A DNA stretch of 64,000 nt from an uncultured delta proteobacterium (GCA_963728565.1 CAVSLC010000010.1:32001-96000), one strand, 5' to 3'. Numbered from the stretch's first letter, positions 9,357 to 19,153 are shown. A program made the numbers and translations. The notes: generated by a model from the letters alone, not told the origin.

Positions 9357-10934
9357 ATGAAGAGGGTTCTAGTTTGGCTCGTAGCCATTCTCGGTTCGCT
9401 TGTCGTAGTGGTAGTTATCGCCGCCTTCTTCCTTGATGAACCGTTACGCCGCCGGACAGAAGCCAAGATCAATGCGGCATTAAAAGGCTATACCGTCCGA
9501 ATCGAAAAGCTGGATTTTCACCCGATCGGATTTAGTCTGGATCTCGAAAATTCAGTGATTACGCAGGATGCAAACCCCGAGCCCGCCGTTGCCGAAATCC
9601 CGAATTTGACCGCCAGCGTTAACTGGAGAGCTTTGCTCTCCGGCCACGTGGTGGCGGATTTCGAAATAAACAACCCGAAGCTGTTTCTCAACTTCAAGCA
9701 ATCCCAGAACGAAATAAAAGACGAAACTCCGATCAACGAGCGAGGCTGGCAGGATGCCGTGCAGGCTATCTACCCGCTCAAGATCAACGAGTTCGTCATC
9801 ACTGGTGGCGAGCTTACCTATGTCGATCAAGGCCAGTACCGTCCGCTCGAACTCACCAATGTTAACCTCACGGCCTATAATATTCGCAACGTCAGATCTC
9901 AAGAAGGCGAATATCCATCGGAGGTTTATATCGACGGAACCGTATTTAAGAACGGCAAAATTGTTCTGCAGGGAAACGCGGACTTCCTTGCGGAACCGCA
10001 CATTGCCATCAAAGCAGAAATCCAGGCGGAGCAAATCGAGCTGGATTATTTCAGGCCGATAACGGAACGTTACAATTTCTCAGTCCGCCGCGGCGTGCTC
10101 AGCACCGCTGGTACTATCGAATACGCGAAGAACAAAAAAATTCTCAGTGTGCCAACGCTCAACGTCCGGAATCTGTTGGCGGATTACGTGCATACCAAGC
10201 CTGCCACCTCTCCGACCAAGGAACTGTCGAAAAAGGCAGATAAGGTCATCCGAGAGCACAGCAACGAGCCTTCCTTTGAATTGGATGTCAACGACGTCAA
10301 TATCAGCGACAGCGAGTTGGGGATCATCAATAAGGCAAGCGAGCCCCAGTACCGTTTGTTTGTCACTGGCGCCCAGGTCAAAGTTCAAAACCTCAGTAAT
10401 CAAGGAGAGGATGGCGCCGCGACGATCACGGCAAGCGGCAGATTTATGAATTCGGGAAAAACCCGTCTGGTGGCGCGCTTGAGACCCAAAGGGAAGAGTC
10501 CCAACTTCGACCTGCAATTAGCCATCGATCAGTCGGAGCTCAAAGCCCTCAATCCTTTGCTCAGAGCCTATGTTGGCGCCGACGTTGTCGCCGGCCAGTT
10601 CTCCTTTTACTCGGAGATCGCGGTGAGTAATGGATCGATCAACGGCTACGTGAAACCATTGTTCAAGGAAGTCGACGTTTACGATCCGAAACAAGATCGT
10701 AAGAAGGGGATCTTCACCAAACTCTACGAAGGCATTTTAGGCGGGCTCTCATGGATTTTGGAGAATCGCCCGCGCGAGGAGGTCGCTACTACCACCAAAA
10801 TTTCCGGCAAACTTTCAGATCCGCAAACCAGCGTGGCCGACATGATCCTGGGTCTTGTGCAGAACGCTTTCTTCAGAGCGATACTTCCCGGGTTGGAACG
10901 GGAGATCGAAATCGGCGGCAGGAAAGGGCGCTAA
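9357..10934 (+). CDS. DUF748 (AsmA-like) domain protein
   Basis: N-terminal TM anchor, beta-rich body, C-terminal GYVKPLFK...VQNAFFRAILPG motif. Confidence 0.82.
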   Translation: MKRVLVWLVAILGSLVVVVVIAAFFLDEPLRRRTEAKINAALKGYTVRIEKLDFHPIGFSLDLENSVITQDANPEPAVAEIPNLTASVNWRALLSGHVVADFEINNPKLFLNFKQSQNEIKDETPINERGWQDAVQAIYPLKINEFVITGGELTYVDQGQYRPLELTNVNLTAYNIRNVRSQEGEYPSEVYIDGTVFKNGKIVLQGNADFLAEPHIAIKAEIQAEQIELDYFRPITERYNFSVRRGVLSTAGTIEYAKNKKILSVPTLNVRNLLADYVHTKPATSPTKELSKKADKVIREHSNEPSFELDVNDVNISDSELGIINKASEPQYRLFVTGAQVKVQNLSNQGEDGAATITASGRFMNSGKTRLVARLRPKGKSPNFDLQLAIDQSELKALNPLLRAYVGADVVAGQFSFYSEIAVSNGSINGYVKPLFKEVDVYDPKQDRKKGIFTKLYEGILGGLSWILENRPREEVATTTKISGKLSDPQTSVADMILGLVQNAFFRAILPGLEREIEIGGRKGR

Positions 10935-10965
10935 AACAGCTTGGTTACTGAATGAACACCGGTGA

Positions 10966-11763
10966 TTAAGGCTTTTCTTTTTCCTCCGCAGCTTCCGTCC
11001 ATTGCGCTACCTCTTCCGCTGACATGATGTTCAAACGGGCGTCTTTATAGCCCCAATTCTCTGTGTCGACGCGGAATTGTGAACGGGAAAGTAGCGGTCC
11101 CTGGCATATCTGTTCGTCGGCGAACGATTCATCGAACTCCCTTTGAAGCAGAGCGACGAGCCTCTGTTTCACCCAGCGAGGAATTTTTCCCCGTTCGGTG
11201 GGATAGATGAACTCAAACAGGATCACGTGACTCAGAAGCACTCGCCAATGATCGCCAAACAAGCCGATTAACCGTTCCCAGTCTATCGCATCGCTTTGCG
11301 TTCGAATCAGGTGGGCGACATCGGCGCCGTCATAGCGTTCCCGCTCCATGATGAAGGCTTTCTGCCAGATCATTTCTTCGGGAGCGCACAGGAACACCGG
11401 CATGTCGAACACTTCACTGGGGACGGCGCGGTCGAACCAGCTCTCCGTGACTTTGCACAGCCCGTTTCCCGAGCTAAATATCAGATCGACGTACTCGGTC
11501 CGACCGTGGTTGTAAACTTTGCCGAGCCAATGCGAGAATGTCAGCTCGGTGGGATAGCCAGGCTGGGCTAGCGCCTCGAGCGCCGCATGGATGTGTTTTT
11601 CGAGTACAAAGATATCCAGGTCTCTGACTTCTCTCAGGATCCCCGTAAATCGTTGCAGTGCGAACCCGCCGCTGATTAGAAACGGTATTTCCGCCTGCCG
11701 CAGGACATCCAAAACGTCTCGATAAAAGATGTGATTTGATTTCTGTTCAGGCGCGGTTTGCAC
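10966..11763 (-). CDS. Pol-beta-superfamily nucleotidyltransferase of unknown substrate
   Basis: FLISGGFAL...RDLDIFV (GG-x-DxD), VDLIFSSGNG, KAFIMERERYDGAD. Confidence 0.82.
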   Translation of the reverse strand: MQTAPEQKSNHIFYRDVLDVLRQAEIPFLISGGFALQRFTGILREVRDLDIFVLEKHIHAALEALAQPGYPTELTFSHWLGKVYNHGRTEYVDLIFSSGNGLCKVTESWFDRAVPSEVFDMPVFLCAPEEMIWQKAFIMERERYDGADVAHLIRTQSDAIDWERLIGLFGDHWRVLLSHVILFEFIYPTERGKIPRWVKQRLVALLQREFDESFADEQICQGPLLSRSQFRVDTENWGYKDARLNIMSAEEVAQWTEAAEEKEKP

Positions 11764-11767
11764 AATA

Positions 11768-12532
11768 TCAACCTTTCATTTGGGGCGAGCCGTTAACCCG
11801 GGGTAAATTCAAAATGCGGTAGGGAAGTTGGCCGGGAAAAGTGTATTCAAGAAGTTTCATTGCAACGTTATAAACCGGCACGCCGGTTTTAGTTTTTCCT
11901 TCAGGAGCGCCATGATGCGCGTGACCGTGAAAGGCAGCGGTCACGGAAAATCGATTTAACGGCTCCTCCAGCCTACTCGACCCTAAAAAGGGATAAATCT
12001 CCAGCGGTTCTCCCACAACCGTCGCGGCAATCGGCGAGTAGTGCAGCAAAGCGATTCGATGCGTCGTGCGCAGCTTGGCCAAAGCCGATTCGAGCTTTAG
12101 AGCCTCGTCCACAGCCTCATGCACAAATCTCTTCATTATGGCCTCGCCCCAGGGCGCAAGCAGCCGTTCGCCAAAGCCACCAGCGAAACCCTTGACTCCA
12201 GCAAACCCGATCCCCTCTATCTCGCATGCCTCGCCATCAAGCAGCAGAACGCCGCCGTCGGTCAGTATCTTTCGCACCTCGTCGATCTTGCCGGACTCGT
12301 ATTCGTGATTACCCATTACAGCGATGACGGGGATCCGTTTAGTGAGCTCGCTTAATTCTTTTACCAGCACGTGCGCTTCTTCAGGCAGGCCGTAATCCAC
12401 CAAATCACCACACAGCAACAGTATGTTGGCGTTCTCGCTGATCTGGGAAAACAGCGCCCTGAATTTGCCGGAGAAATTACTTTTACAATGGAGGTCGGCG
12501 ATAGCGGCGATGTGAATCAAGTTCTCGGCCAT
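11768..12532 (-). CDS. Calcineurin-like metallophosphoesterase
   Basis: ADLH, CGDL, GNHE, LLHY, HGHAH motifs. Confidence 0.92.
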   Translation of the reverse strand: MAENLIHIAAIADLHCKSNFSGKFRALFSQISENANILLLCGDLVDYGLPEEAHVLVKELSELTKRIPVIAVMGNHEYESGKIDEVRKILTDGGVLLLDGEACEIEGIGFAGVKGFAGGFGERLLAPWGEAIMKRFVHEAVDEALKLESALAKLRTTHRIALLHYSPIAATVVGEPLEIYPFLGSSRLEEPLNRFSVTAAFHGHAHHGAPEGKTKTGVPVYNVAMKLLEYTFPGQLPYRILNLPRVNGSPQMKG

Positions 12533-12663
12533 GCATGCGCCCTTCGTTTACTCGATCGCAGTTGTCTCTGGATCTGATCGCGACAGAACAGCGGCCATCG
12601 AGCTATACCGCCGATGACCGCCGGGGTAGGGGATAACCAAAGAGCCTCTCTGCGCCAGCTTGA

Positions 12664-12861
12664 TTATAGCGTGCGTTCCCAATCGCCGACTTGACGCTCA
12701 GCTTCTTCCTTGCTCAGACCGTATTGCTTCTGAATCTTACCGACCAGCTGGTCGCGCTTGCCCTCCACCTGATCTAACTCGTCATCGGTAAGTTTGCCCC
12801 ACTGTTCTTTAGCCTTTCCTTTGAATTGCTTCCAGTTGCCTTTCAATTGATCCCAGTTCAT
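12664..12861 (-). CDS. csbD: CsbD/YjbJ general stress protein
   Basis: MNWDQLKGNWKQFKGKAKEQWGKLTDDELDQVEGKRDQLVGKIQKQYG; AGGAGG RBS. Confidence 0.96.
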   Translation of the reverse strand: MNWDQLKGNWKQFKGKAKEQWGKLTDDELDQVEGKRDQLVGKIQKQYGLSKEEAERQVGDWERTL

Positions 12862-12905
12862 AGCAGGCCTCCTGTGTAGGTTGATTTCCAATAGGGGCCA
12901 AGTAG

Positions 12906-12920
12906 GCAATCGACATACCA
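12906..12920 (-). promoter_or_regulatory. sigma54 promoter (TGGTATGTCGATTGC)
   Basis: GG-N10-GC 45 bp upstream of csbD. Confidence 0.78.
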
Positions 12921-13071
12921 GGAGCATTTGAGACGATCCGTAAACGGCTGACACAATTTCCCGTCCCGGAAGTGCCGCCGGGAAGTAATTGTATGTCTTG
13001 GAATCGGCACATAGTGTCTCGGAGCCGAATAGAGCAGCGCCGTACCACGCTGTCTTGGAGCCCAGAAAAAC

Positions 13072-13236
13072 TTACTCTGGCGCCGAGGGTTTAGCTCCCG
13101 ACGTTTTTCGGTTGCGACAATCCTTTTCATGCTGCTCTGCTTCCGCCAATGAATTGAATTTCTCGCCGCATGAACGACATGGAAACTCTTTATCCTCGAT
13201 GTCTTTGCGCTCGGGTACACGTGGATCATTTTTCAT
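13072..13236 (-). CDS. 54-aa C2HC zinc-finger microprotein (absent from ORF track)
   Basis: MKNDPRVPERKDIEDKEFPCRSCGEKFNSLAEAEQHEKDCRNRKTSGAKPSAPE; GGAGA RBS; own sigma54 motif. Confidence 0.78.
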   Translation of the reverse strand: MKNDPRVPERKDIEDKEFPCRSCGEKFNSLAEAEQHEKDCRNRKTSGAKPSAPE

Positions 13237-13261
13237 ATTAATCTCCGCGGCTACGTGACGT

Positions 13262-13276
13262 GCAACCGATATGCCA
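13262..13276 (-). promoter_or_regulatory. sigma54 promoter (TGGCATATCGGTTGC)
   Basis: GG-N10-GC 26 bp upstream of ATG 13236. Confidence 0.8.
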
Positions 13277-13310
13277 CGACCGAGGACCGATCCTGCGCTG
13301 GTGCTCGCAT

Positions 13311-13325
13311 TGGAATGGCTTTTGC
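13311..13325 (+). promoter_or_regulatory. sigma54 promoter (TGGAATGGCTTTTGC)
   Basis: GG-N10-GC, divergent from the previous site, upstream of 13496. Confidence 0.65.
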
Positions 13326-13495
13326 GGCGTGTTTATTGAGCCGCTCTCACGACGTGATGTACTACGTAGCCTGTGCTCCTAGGACGGCAGGCCTATGAAG
13401 ACGGCTAGAGGTATGTAATGGTGTGCGCTGGTGATTCCAGTCGAGAGTTTGATAGAAGACATTTAAATGTTTTGAAGTGAAAGGCGGAGGCTAAC

Positions 13496-13864
13496 ATGGA
13501 ACACAACGGCTCAGACAGAGTATCGGACAAAGTAAGAGATCTTGCATCTCAGGTCGGCGAGCGTGCTGGGTCTGCGAAGGAGCAGGCCTCCGAGGCTGCT
13601 CGTCGGACGGCGGCGAAGGTCGGTGATCAGATGAAGACCGCGGCGGAACGAGTAAGGCAAACAGGGCCCCGAGTGGAGGCAGTCGTGCACAGCACGGCAG
13701 AGACTATCGCCGAGAAGCTGGATAGGGGTGGAGCTTATTTTAGAGAGAGGCAGTACGAACAACTTATCGATAAGGCGACAAGGTACATACGTCAAAATCC
13801 GGTAACATCGCTGATCGTCGGCGTAGTCAGTGGTTTATTGCTCGCCCGCAAAGTACGACGATAG
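13496..13864 (+). CDS. ElaB/YqjD/DUF883-like tail-anchored protein
   Basis: Helical Ala/Glu/Lys body, C-terminal YIRQNPVTSLIVGVVSGLLLAR anchor; GGAGG RBS. Confidence 0.78.
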   Translation: MEHNGSDRVSDKVRDLASQVGERAGSAKEQASEAARRTAAKVGDQMKTAAERVRQTGPRVEAVVHSTAETIAEKLDRGGAYFRERQYEQLIDKATRYIRQNPVTSLIVGVVSGLLLARKVRR

Positions 13865-13951
13865 TTGCTACTGTCGCTAGTTCCAGTTTTTGGTTGATGA
13901 TGTTCCGAACAGTGAGAAAGAACGACGAGATCAAAGCGCAAAGGATGTCAG

Positions 13952-14398
13952 ATGGAACCATCGAAGAACGAGATTAGACGAGAAATCGAAGCCACCCGCG
14001 CCGCGATGGCGGAGAAAATCGAGACCCTTGAAGCACGTGTCGGCGATGCCATACAGGAAGCTAAACGCACGGTCGACCCCAAGTACCAGACGCAAAAGCG
14101 ACCGTGGCTGATGGTCGGCCTGGCAGTAGCAACCGGCTATTTGTTTGAAGGCATCATTTTCGGCAAAGCTCCGCCACGGGGACGAGGGCGCAAGTTTGCG
14201 ATCGATCCCGAACGGCGCGCCTACCTGGAAGGCAAACAGAAAGCCGCCGGTGGCGGAATCCTTCGAAGCATAGCGACAGCGGCCGGGGTCGCCCTGGCGC
14301 GAGACTATGCCAACAAAATAATTTCTGGACGCGGTCTGCCTTCGCGCTCTAATCCGAATGACGATCGATCCAAGGTAAGATCGCCGTACGAACTATAA
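13952..14398 (+). CDS. DUF3618-like membrane protein
   Basis: EIRREIEATRAAMAEKIETLEARV, then RPWLMVGLAVATGY. Confidence 0.72.
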   Translation: MEPSKNEIRREIEATRAAMAEKIETLEARVGDAIQEAKRTVDPKYQTQKRPWLMVGLAVATGYLFEGIIFGKAPPRGRGRKFAIDPERRAYLEGKQKAAGGGILRSIATAAGVALARDYANKIISGRGLPSRSNPNDDRSKVRSPYEL

Positions 14399-14545
14399 TC
14401 CTGGTTTAGGTACCTCATCCACGGTGTCTCGAATTTGGCACATCAAGTGACGTTAGTCAGGCGAACCGTGCCAACAATAGTACAGCACTCATTCGAGGAT
14501 GCTCGGTTAGCCAATGTATTTGGTATATTGAAAAAGCGTGTTGTC

Positions 14546-14560
14546 TGGAATATCTTTTGC
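14546..14560 (+). promoter_or_regulatory. sigma54 promoter (TGGAATATCTTTTGC)
   Basis: GG-N10-GC 65 bp upstream of ATG 14625. Confidence 0.7.
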
Positions 14561-14624
14561 CTTTGTTAGCTCATGAGTGACAGTTGCGCAGCTTTAATCT
14601 TGTCGGTGCACAGGAGGTGCGGTC

Positions 14625-14909
14625 ATGAAGTCGCAACGCGTTCGGTGGGAAGAACAGAGTTTTTGGCAACTAGTGTTCGGCCAAAGTAAAGTTAATGGAG
14701 CCCGTTATGATGGCGAGAATTTGACGACATCCCCTTGGCGCTGGCCTACGAACACTTATTTGCAACGGCGTCGGCAATTGTTGAAAAACAGCCAAGCGTT
14801 CAATCAGGCCGACCGAGATGAGAGCGGCGTTTTTTATGACACCCTCTACGATAACGGCAACCAGGCTCTTGCCGATTTTCGCGAATCGAGTTCGTTGCGA
14901 AATAATTGA
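14625..14909 (+). CDS. Hypothetical protein (94 aa)
   Basis: Strong AGGAGG RBS and upstream sigma54 motif; no recognisable domain. Confidence 0.6.
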   Translation: MKSQRVRWEEQSFWQLVFGQSKVNGARYDGENLTTSPWRWPTNTYLQRRRQLLKNSQAFNQADRDESGVFYDTLYDNGNQALADFRESSSLRNN

Positions 14910-15127
14910 GACTTTATCGATTTTCTTTTCTGCCTCTGCTGCAATCTTGCGCTGTTTAGGGATCCTTAGACGGATCAAAACACTCGGCCAGAGTTTCTTT
15001 TTGCTTGTCAATGCGAGCAGCACTCAGAGCACGGCGGCGCTGAGATAGCGGCCTTTTTTTATTGAAACCTGCTTAGGGAATCGTCCTGCGACGCGTCAGT
15101 TGGATGCGGCGCAGGGATGGAACGTCG

Positions 15128-16687
15128 ATGTCGGTCAGACAAATACTACAGCCGGAGAAGAACTGCTGGACCATCAGCGAAGTCACCGAATCGGGCCTAC
15201 TCATTGACGGCAGGGATTATTACCGCGCGTTTTATCAGGCGGCCCGAATTGCCGAGGATTATATTCTCATCTCTGGTTGGCAGTTCGACAGCGACGTGGC
15301 GCTGCTTCGCGGCAGGGATGTCGACGCGGCTGAAGAATCCGTTCAGTTCCTCACGTTCTTGAATAATCTCTGCGAGCAAAACCGGCGTCTGCACATTTAC
15401 ATCCTCGCTTGGGACTTTACAGTGCTCTACAGCCTGGATCGCGAGTGGTTTCAGGATTGGTATTTCAATTGGACTACGAACGAGAGGTTCACGTTTTCCT
15501 TTGACTGCTGCGACTGTTTCGGCGCCGCGCACCATCAGAAATTTGTCGTGATTGACGGCAAGCTAGCCTTTGTCGGTGGCCTGGATATTTGTTCAGGCCG
15601 GTGGGACGATCGCGACCATCCGGTCGACAGTCCGGCTCGTGTGAATTCCGACCAAAACGGCTATGGCCCGTTTCACGACATCCAATCTTACCATGTCGGC
15701 CCGGCGGCTCAGAAGCTGGCCGAGCTGTTTGTCGCCCGCTGGAACTGCGTCACCACGGGGGCTCTTCAGTTGCCGAAATCATCGTCGAATTACCAACTCC
15801 CGTTCCGACCGACCGTGGCGATTCCGGCAGAGTCCATTGCGATAAGCCGAACCCAAGCCGGAACTGCGGCGGAGCAAAAGCCAATTCAGGAAATCCGCAG
15901 TTTATTTCTCGATGCGATCGATGCCGCAGAGGAGTTGATCTATGTCGAGAATCAGTATTTCAGCTCCAACGCGCTGTACAAAGCTCTGGTCGAACGTATG
16001 ATGAATTCGCGGCGCTCTCATTTGGAAATCGTTCTAGTCATCGCCAAAGATGCCGAAGCTTTTGTTGAGCAGCTTTCGATCGGCGTCGTACAGGAAAAAC
16101 TGCTGCGAGAACTGCAGAGCGTCGCAGCCGAGACAGGGCACTCCTTCGGCATTTATTATCCAGCTTCGGTTCGAGGCGACGGTAAGGAAAGCGCCACGTA
16201 TATTCACTCGAAGCTTTTCCTGGTCGATGATCGTTTCCTGAGTGTCGGCTCGGCCAATATGAACAATCGCAGCCTGGGACTCGACACCGAATTGAACGTC
16301 GCATGGGAAGCGCCTGCGGTGGAGAGTGAAGTTGGCCGCGCGATTCGAGCTGTTCGCGTTGACCTTCTGGCCGAACACGTAGGAGCGCGTGAAGCTCAGG
16401 TACTCGAAAATCTAAGCCGAAGCCGCGGTCTGGTAAAATATCTGAACAGCTTGGCAGACAGCGGATCTTACCGGCTCCGGCACCACCCGCTGGATATTGT
16501 CTCTGAAGATTATCTCTGGGTGACCTCTGTGCTCCCGGAGGGGTTGCCGTTCGATCCCGAAGGTCCCTTTTATCAGGAAGACCGCTATGAAGGAATTTCA
16601 GCCACTGAGGATTCGTTTTTTAGTCGTGGCGTGAGCAATTTGAAAAACTGGTTGCTGAGTCTAGGACAGACGTTATCTCCACGTTGA
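15128..16687 (+). CDS. Phospholipase D-family protein
   Basis: Two HKD motifs: HHQKFVVIDG and HSKLFLVDD...GSANMNNRS. Confidence 0.92.
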   Translation: MSVRQILQPEKNCWTISEVTESGLLIDGRDYYRAFYQAARIAEDYILISGWQFDSDVALLRGRDVDAAEESVQFLTFLNNLCEQNRRLHIYILAWDFTVLYSLDREWFQDWYFNWTTNERFTFSFDCCDCFGAAHHQKFVVIDGKLAFVGGLDICSGRWDDRDHPVDSPARVNSDQNGYGPFHDIQSYHVGPAAQKLAELFVARWNCVTTGALQLPKSSSNYQLPFRPTVAIPAESIAISRTQAGTAAEQKPIQEIRSLFLDAIDAAEELIYVENQYFSSNALYKALVERMMNSRRSHLEIVLVIAKDAEAFVEQLSIGVVQEKLLRELQSVAAETGHSFGIYYPASVRGDGKESATYIHSKLFLVDDRFLSVGSANMNNRSLGLDTELNVAWEAPAVESEVGRAIRAVRVDLLAEHVGAREAQVLENLSRSRGLVKYLNSLADSGSYRLRHHPLDIVSEDYLWVTSVLPEGLPFDPEGPFYQEDRYEGISATEDSFFSRGVSNLKNWLLSLGQTLSPR

Positions 16688-16760
16688 CTGGTTGGTCTAG
16701 TCAGGTTCTAAACCTGAACCGTCCAGCAAAGTCAGGGTAAGCTGCCCAGCAGAAAAGATT

Positions 16761-18320
16761 TCAAGAATTCGCCGCCATAGCGGCGCCGACCCCGCACGAT
16801 GACGATGCTGGTTTGATTGCGCCGGAAGCGGTGTCTGTGAATCCGTTTTCCGCGGCTTCCTGGCCCGCGCGGCAGTTATCACAGCGAGTGCAATCGCCGT
16901 CGACCTCCTCGCCAAAATAGTCGAGCAGATAACGCATTCGGCAGGTGGTGATCTGGCCAAAAAGCATCATTGCGTCTAGGCGCTGCCGGTCGCCGTTGTG
17001 GCGCTGCTCGTACTCTTCGAGAAATGAGGCGAACTCCTGATCGGTGTTGAAGTCGCGGATTTTGCTCAAATGAGGTTTGCGCTGTATTATTCCCGTGCTT
17101 TCCAAGAGCGCGAGAATAACCTTGACTCGTTTACCCGTCAGGCCGGTGACCTCGGCCAGCCATTGCTCGGCAGTTCGGTCCCCCAAATCTTCTGGTTGCG
17201 GCATTTGGTCCAATGTCCGATACAGCGCCAAGGACTCGTCTCGACGCGGATATTTGCCGCCGAGAAAGTAGGACTGAACGCGGCGATCCTCAAGCCGATA
17301 AAAAAGGAACGCCCGGGCCGGCTTGCCGTCGCGCCCCGCGCGTCCGGTCTCCTGCACATAAGTTTCGATGGAGTCCGGAACCGCATAGTGAATGACAAAC
17401 CGAATATCCTGCTTATCAATGCCCAAACCGAACGCCTTGGTTGCGACCATCACATCGATCTCGTTGGCCATGAACGCCTGTTGGTTGGTTTCGCGCATGG
17501 GCGTCTTCATCCGGCCATGATACTGGCCAGCGCGAAATCCTTCCTCGATCAACCATTGGCATAGAGCATCGACCTGTTTCACGGTGGGCACATAAATAAT
17601 CCCGGCGCCGCCGGACTGTTCCTGTAGAATTTCTTTGAGCCGATCTCTTTTGACGTCCTCGTTGACGGTACGAACGACCTCGAAAGCGAGATTCTTTCGT
17701 TCGATACCGATGCTGATCACCTCTGCGTCGGCTAACTCAAGCTGCTTTGATATATCGGCGGCGACTTCGTCGGTGGCCGTCGCTGTCAAAGCCAGCACCG
17801 GCGGACGCCCGAGCTCTCGGATCGCATTACGCAGTGACAAATAAGCCGGGCGAAAGTCATGGCCCCATTGCGAAACGCAATGGGCTTCATCGACGACCAC
17901 CAGTGACACACCACTCTTTTTTAGAATCTTGAGATATCCTGCATTCTCCAAACGTTCCGGAGTGACGTAGATCAGCTCTGCTTGTCGGCTTTGAATGGTA
18001 TCGATGTTTTCCTGTTCTTCGTCTGAGCTTAACGTAGAGTTCAACTCAACGGCAGGGATGCTTCGCTCCAAGAGTTTCTCCTGCTGATCCTGCATCAATG
18101 CGATCAGCGGAGATACAACCAAAACGGCACGCGGAAGAAATAGCGCTGGCAACTGATAGCAAAGCGATTTGCCGCCGCCGGTAGGTAATACGCCTAACGC
18201 GTCCCTTCCCTCCAGGACCGCCTGAATAAGCTTGCGCTGGCCGGCGCGATAACGTTTGATGCCAAAACGCCTTTTAGCCTTTTGCTCATTGATATCGTTC
18301 CACTCCCATGCTGCGTTCAT
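16761..18320 (-). CDS. recQ: RecQ-family ATP-dependent DNA helicase (no HRDC domain)
   Basis: PTGGGKSLCYQLP, DEAHCVSQWGHDFRP, QETGRAGRDG, C-terminal CRMRYLLDYFGE..C..CDNC; AGGAGA RBS at MNAA. Confidence 0.92.
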   Translation of the reverse strand: MNAAWEWNDINEQKAKRRFGIKRYRAGQRKLIQAVLEGRDALGVLPTGGGKSLCYQLPALFLPRAVLVVSPLIALMQDQQEKLLERSIPAVELNSTLSSDEEQENIDTIQSRQAELIYVTPERLENAGYLKILKKSGVSLVVVDEAHCVSQWGHDFRPAYLSLRNAIRELGRPPVLALTATATDEVAADISKQLELADAEVISIGIERKNLAFEVVRTVNEDVKRDRLKEILQEQSGGAGIIYVPTVKQVDALCQWLIEEGFRAGQYHGRMKTPMRETNQQAFMANEIDVMVATKAFGLGIDKQDIRFVIHYAVPDSIETYVQETGRAGRDGKPARAFLFYRLEDRRVQSYFLGGKYPRRDESLALYRTLDQMPQPEDLGDRTAEQWLAEVTGLTGKRVKVILALLESTGIIQRKPHLSKIRDFNTDQEFASFLEEYEQRHNGDRQRLDAMMLFGQITTCRMRYLLDYFGEEVDGDCTRCDNCRAGQEAAENGFTDTASGAIKPASSSCGVGAAMAANS

Positions 18321-18391
18321 ACGTGCTTCTCCTGCTTTGAATCCACTCTGATTGATGCTTTTGGCGTTGCGATGGGCGGCCGGAGGTACTT

Positions 18392-19153
18392 TTAGTCGCT
18401 CCAATACCGCGAGCGGCCGTAATGTTGGTAGAGACGCGACTCGTAGTCACGATCGAGAACCGTTGTCTCATCGTACTGCGGACTGGTTTTTATCTGTTCC
18501 TGGCTCAGATCGACGTAGACTCTGGAATCGGTCTCAACCATGTCGTTGACCCATTCCGGCGAGATCAGAACTGTCTTGCCTGGCCACCAATTTGTTGTAT
18601 CAATCAGCAGATAACGGATTACCCAGGTTTGATCATCGATGATGAAATCCTCCAAATGGCCGAGGTCGCCATCGGTGGTTTCAATATAAGATCCGATTAT
18701 GTCCTTGGTGCTACGCAAATGAATGTCTTCGGAAGCAGATTGCTGGCCCATCGCCGCGGCCTCCGGACCGCTTGGGACCGGTGTAGCTGCGTTAGGACCA
18801 AGCGCCGCTGGACTTGTCAGCCCCGCGCCCAACCAATAGTAGGGAAAGTTGTAGTAGTCATAAAAACTGCTCTCCTGTTGGCGCGACACCGGTTTATCGG
18901 TGTCGATGCTCGGGCTATTTTCGATTTGTTGTCGGGTAAGGTTGACGTTGAAAACGTTGCTGCCCCAATCCACCGGCCCGAAGAAGATCGGCGAGATCAG
19001 CACTTTCCTGCCGTTCAGCCAACCTCCGGTGTCGGCAACCAGATATCTGATCGTCCACTTGTCATCATCGAAGTAAAATTCTACCACCCCACCGATCTCG
19101 CCATCCTTAGCGCCGATCGAAAAATTTTTCAGGCTCTCTACCCGTCTCAACAT
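18392..19153 (-). CDS. Tandem PRC-barrel protein
   Basis: Two copies of DG.IG.V..F..DD..W.IRYL..DT..W..G..VLISP. Confidence 0.92.
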   Translation of the reverse strand: MLRRVESLKNFSIGAKDGEIGGVVEFYFDDDKWTIRYLVADTGGWLNGRKVLISPIFFGPVDWGSNVFNVNLTRQQIENSPSIDTDKPVSRQQESSFYDYYNFPYYWLGAGLTSPAALGPNAATPVPSGPEAAAMGQQSASEDIHLRSTKDIIGSYIETTDGDLGHLEDFIIDDQTWVIRYLLIDTTNWWPGKTVLISPEWVNDMVETDSRVYVDLSQEQIKTSPQYDETTVLDRDYESRLYQHYGRSRYWSD

